From Macrostomum hystrix (lineage: Eukaryota > Animalia > Platyhelminthes): 64,000 nt of DNA. The position numbers were made by a program, and so were the translations under genes. Location of the stretch: contig CATNEN010000001.1 of NCBI GenBank assembly GCA_950097015.1, forward strand, positions 1,488,001 through 1,552,000, given 5' to 3'. Shown piece by piece: positions 11,101 through 23,100 of the stretch. The notes beneath the pieces were generated by a model. The model worked only from the letters and a program-made list of their open reading frames with translations. It had not been told where the DNA came from and ran no database searches. The stretch's first letter is position 1; each line of letters opens with the position of its first letter.

Positions 11101-14100
11101 CAGAGGGTTCAAAGCTTCACATAATTCACTTTTCATCGTTGACTTGATCAACAGAACAGACTCAACAATGTTACTGTAGTCTGTCAATCTTCATTTAGCT
11201 GGGTTAAATAGATCAACTAAACCAAGCTATGACCAGACCTATCCGATAACAGACTAGAGTGAATGAGCAACCCGAAAACAGACAGACTAACAGCCAATGA
11301 CCCAATAGAATACATCATTTAGTGACACTAGACCCGCAGCCACCAAGGAGCAACTCTGTTCATTTTGCTGGCTCCTGAGCACACACGCACACACAGATAC
11401 TGTAGGCAGGCACACGCTCACACAGGTGTGTACATCTGCCCTGACTTTCTCATCGTCAGGCAGTGTACATTTCACGGTGCCTTGGAGGTTGGCCCTCAAG
11501 GGCGTAAATTGCACGACAAGCCCCCAAGCCTTCTCTCTGCGGCTGCGCCCCAAATAAATGTGGCCTCGCCGTGGAATCGAACTTAGGGACCTTGGTGCGA
11601 GAGGCGAACGCGTTAACCGCTCTGCCACCGACCCCCTACAGACAGGCTGAAATAAAAATGCCACTTGACTGCACTGCACTAAACTGTACCCAATGGATTA
11701 TTTTAATATCTAAAAAATAGGTAATTTCAAGCGGCTGTTAACTTTCGTTTCCTATTAATTTGTTCCCTACCCAATAATAAATATGAATTATTGCTCAATC
11801 AATAGAGAGAGAGAAGCACATAAGTTTAACATTGATAAGTTCCGTTGCTCCACATTCAACCTAACCGCTGTGCATTGTTACTCCCCAAATATATTTACAG
11901 AAGACAGTCACTGAGCAATGTGAATATTCAGCCCCGCCCCTTTTGTTAAATTGAGTGTTGTGTGAGCATGTGTGCTTAAGAAGCAAAAAAAAACAAAAAA
12001 CAAATTGGTTAAGACTATCGGTTGGGAGGGACTTGTGAGCTGCTGAAATACTTTAATACTACAAAAAATATCAAGTATAAAAACACACACACACGCAAAA
12101 TGAAAATGAGTTAAAAATCATAATTCTACATATGATATATAGAATATTATACTTTTATCTCATTGTATTGGATCGGTTTAAAATGCCAGCGAAAACTTCA
12201 AGTGACCTTTTAGGATAAGGATATCCTTGTCAATTTTAAACCGCACAGCTTAATAACACTAGAAGGTCAACACAATAGTCAGTAAGGACTATCACATCCC
12301 TAGTTGCATAATAATTGCAAGCCAAATTCTATTGATATAAGGAATCTGGGAAATACACAATCTGATAACATTAGAGGAAATCCAGGAAATTCTAATTATG
12401 ATCCCAGTAGAGGAAATCAGGGGAATCCCAATTATGATCAAAGTAGAGAAAATCAATTCTATTGATATAAGGAATCTGGGAAATACACAATCTGATAACA
12501 TTAGAGGAAATCCAGGAAATTCTAATTATGATCCCAGTAGAGGAAATCAGGGGAATCCCAATTATGATCAAAGTAGAGAAAATCAATTCTATTGATATAA
12601 GGAATCTGGGAAATACACAATCTGATAACATTAGAGGAAATCCAGGAAATCCTAATTATGATCAAAGTAGAGAAAATCAGGGGAATCCCAATTATGATCA
12701 AAGTAGAGAAAATCAGGGGAATCCCAATTATGATCAAAGTAGAGAAAATCAGGGGAATCCCAATTATGATCCCAGTGGAGAAAATCAAGGGAATCCCAAT
12801 TATGATCCCAGTAGAGAAAATCAAGGGAATCCAAATTATGATCCCAGTAGAGAAAATCAGGGGAATCCCAATTATGATCTCTGTAGAGAAAATAAAGGGA
12901 ATCCCAATTATGATCTCAGTAGAGAAAATCAAGGGAATCCCAATTATAATACCAGGAGAGAAAATCAAGGGAATCCCAAATATGATACCAGGAGAGAAAA
13001 TCAAGGGAATCCTTACTATGATCCCAGTAGAGAAAATCAGGGGAATCCCAATTCTAATCAGAGTAGAGGAAATCGGGAGAATCCTAAAATCTGCTCCGGG
13101 GAATCACTACTGTCAGAGCAAACTAACCAGCGTTGAGAACATGTTAATTTTCTTATTTTTAGAGGCCTATGTTTAATATCATCGCATCTTATATTGAACA
13201 ACTTAGTTTTACTTGTGGCGTAACGTCGGAATTTGAGGGACTCTCGGCATCAAACAAAGAAGGACTTTGGAGTGGTTTAGTTATTGAAAAATGCTCAAAT
13301 TAGCTAGTAAAGGTGGTAACAGGGATGATACACCGCAAGTTCATGGTTAGTGCTGCCACACACACAAACACTAAGCAAAAATTTTTTCTCTGTACTAAAA
13401 ATTCATTGCCGCAAAAAAATTATTTTTCTAGACACCTCTCATTTTGGAATTGGGAGGAAAACAATTAGAGAGAGACGCGATCTAGGATGGCATACTTGTT
13501 CAAATCCCACCTAGGTAGCTAGCTAATTAGTACCTAACTAAATTGTTATCCCACTGACACTTTTTTGTATTGCACCCGAACGGAGCAACGCAAGCACACG
13601 AAACTCAAGAACACGGGCCAACTTTTTTATGCATCTTCGGAAACAAGAATCAAGACGCCAACTTCTCAGACCGTCGAGATATTCAATGATTCTGGCCGAA
13701 GGTCGGATTTTTCCCATAAGCGCTAGTGTATTTCATAACCTTGAAAATTGATCAGCATGTCACCCGAATGTGCCTGCATCATCTCCGTCTTCGGTGGTCA
13801 CCTACCTTTATCTAGACGGATTTGCTGGACCTTCAAGGGCTACAACTGGTGGAAACTATGCCACTATGGACACCCTGACGCGAATTTCTCAAATTTTACT
13901 GATAAAACCAAAATATTAGGCGCAGCTCAACCACAGTACATCTTTACCTAGTCTGTCAACCAATCAGTCACCACCCAACGCTGTTAGCATTCAGGCACTC
14001 CCCCTTTAATCACCTGACCCATAGAATTAGGAAATTTAGAAACAGAAATAGATTAGTGATAAGCCTTTAACTACACTATTAAATTATATTATATTTAGTT

Positions 14101-17100
14101 TTCAATTGTTGCAGATTATAAACGCTCTTAAAGTTTAGAGAGGCTTATCACGTTACAATAGCGGCGTATTCAACAAGGCAATAAATCTTATTGTTTCCGT
14201 CCTATTGTGAGCTCTTATACTCCGTTGTGAATTTTGCACCCTCCTACCGACACTATCATCTCTTATACTCACTCATTCAGGGTCATAGCCCCGTGATCCC
14301 ATTTAGGGGAATAATATCCCTGGATTACTGGCCTGGATATGCTAAGCTGCCTTCTCAAAAATAACTAGACGCTCTGAGCAACAATCTGAATTAAAAAAAG
14401 ATTGTCGATAATTGTCAGCGCATTGTGACCTAAATGTATAGTCTCAAACTTGATCATTATAGTAGCATAAAGGTCATTTGTTTAAACAAAAATTTAACGG
14501 ACATGAAAAACTTCTTTAGTTTCAAAGAAGAGCGGATTGTCTCTTTAACTGAGTTTTTTTAGAATCGTAAGTATTTTTTATGAAATTTATTGACAAAGAA
14601 ATTATTGAATCTAAAGTAACTTTATTTATCTCATTATTAATCTTTAATAATGTTCAGTAGAAAATACAGTCATCTTCAATCACTGTTTCCTAGAAACTAT
14701 AGCTATCTTCAGTCAGTGATTCCTAGAAACTATAGCTATCTTCAGTCAGTGATTCCTAGAAACTATAGCTATCTTCAATCAGTGATTCCAAGAAACTATA
14801 GCTATCTTCAATCAGTGATTCCAAGAAACTATAGCTATCTTCAATCATCGTTTCCTAGAAACTAAATTCATATTCAGTCAGTGATTCCTAGAAACTATAG
14901 CCATCTTCAGTCAGTGATTCCTAGAAACTATAGCTATCTTTAATCAGTGATTCCAAGAAACTATAGCTATCTTCAACCACCGTTTCCTAGAAACTAAAGT
15001 CATATTCAGTCAGTGATTCCTAGAAACTATAGCCATCTTCAGTCAGTGATTCCTAGAAACTATAACTATCTTCAATCAGTGATTCCTAGAAACTATAGCT
15101 ATCTTCGATAACATTTTTCTTAGAAATTATTGCTATCTTCAATCAGTCTTTCCTAGAAGCAAAAGCCATCTTCAATCTATTTTTCCATAGCCTTCACTTA
15201 AACATTTTCCTTAGGAACAATAAATATATAGCCTTTTAATATTAATTTTACTAGAATCTATCGTCTTGCTAAATCCTAACATTTTATGGTCTTATTGAAG
15301 TATATATTTTCATAGAAATTGCAATTTCTTACACAAAAGCTTTTTAAGACACTTTTTAAGTTTTCTTAAATCCGATCACTTTTTTTATCAAGTTGTAGTT
15401 TTCTTAGAATCAGTAGCCCAGTGATTGCAAAACTCCGACCCGTGGGCCAGATGCGGCCCTCAAAGCTCCTAAACCGGCCCGTTGCTCCTTCCAACACTAT
15501 AAAGTAGCCTGTTTCATCTTTCCCCGGTCTCATCTCTCCTATGTCTCATCTCCCCCGTGTCTCATATCTCCCGTGCCTCATCTCTCTTGTGCCTCATCTC
15601 TCCCGTGTCTCATTTCTCCCATGTCTCATCTCTCCCGTGTCTAATCTCTCCCGTGTCTCATCTCTCCCGTGTCTCATCTCTCCCCTATCTTATATTTCTA
15701 CAATCAATGCGGCCCGCTGTTGTCTTCTAGGTTCACGCTTTGGCCCGCTAGCTAATAAGTTTGCCGACCCCTGCATTAGCCCTATCTGATCTCCTCTTTC
15801 CTAGAATTCAAAAAATTTCTTAAATCATACGCCCAGTCCACTGACCGTTCTCGCAGAAGCCCGGATTACAGTCGTTAATGTTGATCTCGCAGTTCTGGCC
15901 GGTCCAACCGGCTTGACAGTCGCAAACGAAGCCGCCACGTCGCTGGTCTCGGCATTCACCGCGACCGAGGCAGGGCCCCTCGGAGCAGCGAGTGATGTTG
16001 AACTGGCATCGGGTGCCAGTAAAGCCCGGGGGGCACAGGCAGTGAGTCTCATTTAGTGCGGCTGCAGGCGTAGCCACTTGGTTGCTAGGCAAGCTGATGG
16101 AGCTGGATACCGCGGCGTTCTGAGCGTAGATCAACGAAGTTGGACGGATTGGAAGACACCAAACAAAAATCTCTACTCTTATCTCTTTCAGAAATCGTAA
16201 CCAAAGTCTCAATCAAATTCAATATTGTAAAATACATAAACATATTTTTCCAAATTTCTAAAATCACATCATCCAGCTCTAATACCATTAAAATCCCATC
16301 ACACAGCTCTAATTCCATTAAAATCCCATCACACAGCTCTAATTCCATTAAAATCCCATCACCCAGCTCTAATTCCATTAAAATCCCATCACCCAGCTCT
16401 AATTCCATTAAAATCCCATCACCCAGCTCTAATTCCATTGAAATCCCATCACCCAGCTCTAATTCCATTGAAATCCCATCACCCAGCTCTAATTCCATTA
16501 AAATCCCATCACCCAGCTCTAATTCCATTAAAATCCCATCACCCAGCTCTAATTCCATTAAAATCCCATCACCCAGCTCTAATTCCATTAAAATCCCATC
16601 ACCCAGCTCTAATTCCATTGAAATCCCATCACCCAGCTCTAATTCCATTGAAATCCCATCACCCAGCTCTAATTCCATTAAAATCCCATCACCCAGCTCT
16701 AATTCCATTAAAATCCCATCACACAGCTCTAATTCCATTAAAATCCCATCACACAGCTCTAATTCCATTAAAATCCCATCACACAGCTCTAATTCCATTG
16801 AAATCCCATCACCCAGCTCTAATTCCATTAAAATCCCATCACCCAGCTCTAATTCCATTAAAATCCCATCACACAGCTCTAATTCCATTAAAATCCCATC
16901 ACCCAGCTCTAATTCCATTAAAATCCCATCACCCAGCTCTAATTCCATTAAAATCCCATCACACAGCTCTAATTCCATTGAAATCCCATCACCCAGCTCT
17001 AATTCCATTAAAATCCCATCACCCAGCTCTAATTCCATTAAAATCCCATCACCCAGCTCTAATTCCATTAAAATCCCATCACACAGCTCTAATTCCATTA

Positions 17101-20100
17101 AAATCCCATCACCCAGCTCTAATTCCATTAAAATCCCATCACCCAGCTCTAATTCCATTAAAATCCCATCACACAGCTCTAATTCCATTGAAATCCCATC
17201 ACCCAGCTCTAATTCCATTAAAATCCCATCACACAGCTCTAATTCCATTAAAATCCCATCACACAGCTCTAATTCCATTAAAATCCCATCACACAGCTCT
17301 AATTCCATTAAAATCCCATCACACAGCTCTAATTCCATTGAAATCCCATCACACAGCTCTAATTCCATTAAAATCCTATCACACAGCTCTAATTCCATTG
17401 AAATCCCATCACACAGCTCTAATTCCATTAAAATCCTATCACACAGCTCTAATTCCATTAAAATCCTATCACACAGCTCTAATTCCATTGATATGCCATC
17501 ACACAGCTCTAATTCCATTAAAATCCTATCACACAGCTCTAATTCCATTGATATGCCATCACCCAGCTCTAATTCCTTGAAATCCCTTTACCCAACTCAC
17601 CTGAGGGCAAAAGCCGCCATTCAAGCAGCTCAGCAGTCGGCAGTCGTTGATCTGTCTCTCACAGTGAAATCCGGTGAATCCAGGCTCACAGATGCAGGTG
17701 TAATTGTAGCCCCTGCTGTCCTGATTCACACAACGGCCACCGTTCACGCACGGATTCGGATTGTTACGACACCATTCAAGATCTGAAGTAGGGGAGAGGG
17801 GAGAGTAAAGGTAAAACCCGAAATCTCACCCAAAGAAACTAAAACCCGAAATTTCACCCAAAGAAACTACGGCCAGAAATCTATTCTCTCACCGAAACTA
17901 AAACCCGAAATCTCACCCAAAGAAACTACGGCCAGAAATATATTCTCTCACTGAAACTACAACCCGAAATCTCATCCTAAGAAACTACAACCCGAAATCT
18001 CACTCAAAGAAACTACGGCCAGAAATCTCACCCAAAGAAACTACAACCCGAAATCTCACCCAAAGAAACTACGGCCAGAAATCTCACCCAAAGAAACTAC
18101 GGCCAGAAATCTCACCCAAAAAAACTACGGCCAGAAATCTCACCCAAAAAAACTACGGCCAGAAATCTATTCTCTCACCGAAACTAAAACCCGAAATCTC
18201 ACCCAAAGAAACTACGGCCAGAAATATATTCTCTCACTGAAACTACAACCCGAAATCTCATCCTAAGAAACTACAACCCGAAATCTCACTCAAAGAAACT
18301 ACGGCCAGAAATCTCACCCAAAGAAACCACAACCCGAAATCTCACCCAAAGAAACTACGGCCAGAAATCTCACCCAAAGAAACTACGGCCAGAAATCTCA
18401 CCCAAAGAAACTAAAACCCGAAATCTCACCCAAAGAAACTAAAACCCGAAATCTCACCCAAAGAAACTAAAACCCGAAATCTCACCCTAAGAAACTAAAA
18501 CCCGAAATCTCATCCTAAGAAACTACAACCCGAAATCTCACTCAAAGAAACTACGGCCAGAAATCTCACCCAAAGAAACCACAACCCGAAATCTCACCCA
18601 AAGAAACTACGGCCAGAAATCTCACCCAAAGAAACTACGGCCAGAAATCTCACCCAAAGAAACTAAAACCCGAAATCTCACCCAAAGAAACTAAAACCCG
18701 AAATCTCACCCAAAGAAACTAAAACCCGAAATCTCACCCTAAGAAACTAAAACCCGAAATCTCACCCAAAGAAACTAAAACCCGAAATCTCACCCAAAGA
18801 AACTACGGCCAGAAATCTCACCCAAAGAAACTACGGCCAGAAATCTATTCTCTCACCGAAACTAAAACCCGAAATCTCACCCTAAGAAACTAAAACCCGA
18901 AATCTCACCCAAAGAAACTACGGCCAGAAATCTATTCTCTCACTGAAACTACAACCAGAAATCTCGTCCAAATTTAATTTAATTTATCGAATGTACTTTG
19001 TATAATATTTTTTAAAGGAAAAATGACAGGGAATCTGTACGAGTATACCAGCTTGCCTAAAATCCTTGTAAATTTTCACAAAGAAAATAGTATTCTTAAA
19101 GTTTACCTACCTGTTAAGTAGGAAAACAATCCCAAAAAACACATTTTAAAGCTTTGGGTTAAAAGAGTGAGGATCGGGTTAGGAGGTGATTTCGATGCAT
19201 CAGGAAATGGCCAGACTGAGGCAGTTAGCAAAGATCAAATGACAATCTAGTGCCGCAGCTAGTGCAATTTTATAAGCAGGACATTTCAGATGGGGAAGGG
19301 TAACCAGACACTCGACTGACTGTTGTACATGACCGTCTGTGCAATCGTTACTATAAATTTACCAGGTAATACTATGCAGGTTGAAGCCTATATAGAAAAT
19401 ATAATTTGAATGTAGCGAAAATGACCGAAACAAAGATGAATGAATGGTGGTGCAGGTTAAAAATATTGCTTTCAGTTTACTCGTAGTTTTAACTTAACAT
19501 GGACGGTCGTAAATATACTTTTTTTGTCGGCATAAATACACATGCGAGTGAGTTGTACAGTTCCATATACAATAATTATATCAATTGGAAAGCTACAAAA
19601 CTTAGGTCCTGGGTGTAAAGACGAACGTCTTGGTTTGGTGTACAGTTTTAATTGATATCAAATCCAGGCAAAACACTGTGTGATGTATCTAAAAGCCAGG
19701 GATCAAGGTCAAAGGCCAGGATAATTTGAGTAGAAATAAAAAACCGTAAATAGGAAACAGAAATTTCACTTACAGAAATTGGACATTCTGATCCCATCAC
19801 TTCAACCCGTCACTCTGATCCCATCACTATTATCCCATCACTTCAATCCGTCACTGTTATCCCATCACTTCCAATCCGTCACTGTTATCCCATCACTTCC
19901 AATCCGTCACTGTTATCCCGTTATTTGAAAGCCGTCACTCTGATCCCATCACTCTGATCCCATCACTATTATCCCATCACTTCAATCCGTCACTCTTATC
20001 CCATCACTTCAACCCCATCACTGTTATCCCATCACTTCAAACCCCGTCACTATTACCCCATCACTTCCAATCCGTCACTGTTATCCCGTTGTTTGAAAGC

Positions 20101-23100
20101 CGTCACTCTGATCCTATAACTCTATTTCGAAAACTCCAATCTTATCCAATCCAATACCATTTAATCCACAGCCCAATTATCGCAAAGATTTACTTGGATA
20201 CAAAGACTTCAGAGGACAGGCCTGTGGTGACGGAGGAGCGCTGCATTTCCCCCTTCTTCTTTGTTTCGTCAGCAAAAATCCCTAACGCCAATCGCAGGAT
20301 GCCAGGTTGGAGCCCGGTTGGGGTCTTCTCGTCGCCATGCGGTTCAACTCTTGCTGGCGATGAATCACCGCCCAAGTTTAAGGAGGCTCTACTTTAATCC
20401 CCCGCTGTCGCCACGCAACAGGATTTCGTTATCCACCGATTTCCTATTTAGTTAGTTTCGAATATCCCCTGCCCAAGTCCTTGTCGATTCGTCTACACAA
20501 CCCCCCCGCTAACCAACCACGAGTGGCGGAGATAACCATCTAGCTACCTTTGAACAGTTTCTTAATAAACCTGGCTGATTTACCTGCAAATCTGGCAGCT
20601 ATATTTTGAAGGTGACTAAATCATTAACAATCCAATTTATTTTTTACCCTAATTAAAATAGGAACTTGTACAATATAGGATTAGAAACTGAAAACAATTA
20701 GTTCTTAGGTAGTTATAGGGATAAAGATTTTGTCAAGGCGAAGTAGAACAAAGACCTTGGAAGTCAGCGACGGTTTTTTACTGATGATTTTACCTTAGAG
20801 ATTAGGAACTCAATTACGAGCGTAGAAGATAATTTGTCATTTTCCTGAATCAAATTGCCCTACCTTGGCAACTAATTCATTAATGGCAGATTACTATGGT
20901 ATACTATGGATACTAATAATCCCTGTTTAATTCTTCGTATTTATAGGGAATTTCAGCCTGGTGTTTAGAGCCTCTGACTCATGACTCAAATGTCGGGGGT
21001 TCGATTCCCGACTCCACTTTAACTGTTTGTGTTCTTCAGTTCACCCAATTGTTAAATGGTCACTGGCAGGTGTAATAAATTATTAATATTTTTACTTGTT
21101 TTTACACCATTTTAAGTGATTGGAAGGCTAGAATATTTTCCAGTTCCCACCCAGAGTTGCTCGCGAATATTATAATAACTCCTATAATAACTTATATAAA
21201 TTATATTATATATATATAATAAATTATAATAACTACAGCGATCCGGATGTCGCTGGCCGTGGCACATGGGGATGGGATTATGAAACTATGAGATTTTGGG
21301 GATTTGGTATAAGATTTAGGCAAGGATTAACGATATTCGGGATGTTAGACATCCGTTTGGGATTTAAAAAACTGTTTCTATGCCAACGAAAGAATTTTTT
21401 GAAACGTGAAATTGCAATAAAAACTTAAGAGAACGTGATTTTCTTATTTAGGACAAAATATTGGATTTCAACAAAAATGACAGCCAACATTCTCACCGAT
21501 GTCGCAGTACATCCCGCCGTAGCCGGGTTTGCATTCGCAGTCATTTGGTCGACGACAGAAACCGTGCTTGGTGCTGCACAAAGGCGACGGTATACACTGG
21601 GAGCATTGCGGACCGGTCCAGCCTTCTTTGCACCTGCCGGTTGTCATAGTGATTAATTTCTTTTATTCGATTCAATGCTACGTTGACCACTGCCTCACTA
21701 CCAGGCCTGGTTCAGTATCCACTTCAGGTCTGGTTCAGTATCCACTTCAGGCCTGGTTCAGTATCCAATTCAGGCATGGTTCAGTATCCACTTCAGGTCT
21801 GGTTCAGTATCCACTTCAGGCCTGGTTCAGTATCCACTTCAGGTCTGGTTCAGTATCCACTTCAGGCCTGGTTCAGTATCCAATTCAGGCATGGTTCAGT
21901 ATCCACTTCAGGTCTGGTTCAGTATCCACTTCAGGCCTGGTTCAGTATCCACTTCAGGCATGGTTCAGTATCCACTTCAGGTCTGGTTCAGTATCCACTT
22001 CAGGCATGGTTCAGTATCTACTTCAGGTCTGGTTCAGTATCTACTTCAGGCCTGGTTCAGTATCCACTTCAGGCATGGTTCAGTATCCACTTCAGGCATG
22101 GTTCAGTATCCACTTCAGGCCTGGTTCAGTATCTTCTTCAGGTCTGGTTCAGTATCCACTTCAGGCCTGGTTCAGTATCCACTTCAGGTCTGGTTCAGTA
22201 TCCACTTCAAGCATGGTTCAGTATCCACTTCAGGTCTGGTTCAGTATCTACTTCAGGCCTGGTTTAGTATCTACTTCAGGTCTGGTTCAGTATCCACTTC
22301 AAGCATGGTTCAGTATCCACTTCAGGTCTGGTTCAGCATCCACTTCAGGTCTGGTTCAGTATCTACTTCAGGCATGGTTCAGTATCTTCTTCAGGTCTGG
22401 TTCAGCATCCACTTCAGGTCTGGTTCAGTATCTACTTCAGGCCTGGTTTAGTATCTACTTCAGGTCTGGTTCAGTATCCACTTCAGGCCTGGTTCAGTAT
22501 CTTCTTCAGGTCTGGTTCAGTATCCACTTCAGGCCTGGTTCAGTATCCACTTCAGGTCTGGTTCAGTATCCACTTCAAGCATGGTTCAGTATCCACTTCA
22601 GGTCTGGTTCAGTATCTACTTCAGGCCTGGTTTAGTATCTACTTCAGGTCTGGTTCAGTATCCACTTCAGGCATGGTTCAGTATCTACTTCAGGCCTGGT
22701 TTAGTATCTACTTCAGGTCTGGTTCAGTATCCACTTCAAGCATGGTTCAGTATCCACTTCAGGTCTGGTTCAGTATCTACTTCAGGCCTGGTTTAGTATC
22801 TACTTCAGGTCTGGTTCAGTATCCACTTCAAGCATGGTTCAGTATCCACTTCAGGTCTGGTTCAGTATCTACTTCAGGCATGGTTCAGTATCTTCTTCAG
22901 GTCTGGTTCAGCATCCACTTCAGGTCTGGTTCAGTATCTACTTCAGGCCTGGTTCAGTATCTACTTCAGGCCTGGTTCAGTATCCACTTCAGGCCTGGTT
23001 CAGTATCTTCTTCAGGTCTGGTTCAGCATCCACTTCAGGTCTGGTTCAGTATCTACTTCAGGCCTGGTTCAGTATCTACTTCAGGCCTGGTTCAGTATCT

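Noticed and set aside
11425-11470. Hammerhead ribozyme core (CTGACGA-tga-GAAA-GTC) in SINE family B
   Set aside because: No room for stem II or stem III, and CTGAC pairs directly with GTCAG as a plain hairpin.
12292-13176. NPNYD-repeat ORFs resembling a surface antigen
   Set aside because: 36-bp intronic array open in several frames on both strands, with no splice or expression evidence.
16085-17786. 487/548/380-aa repetitive ORFs
   Set aside because: 30-bp array inside Delta intron 6; not protein-like.
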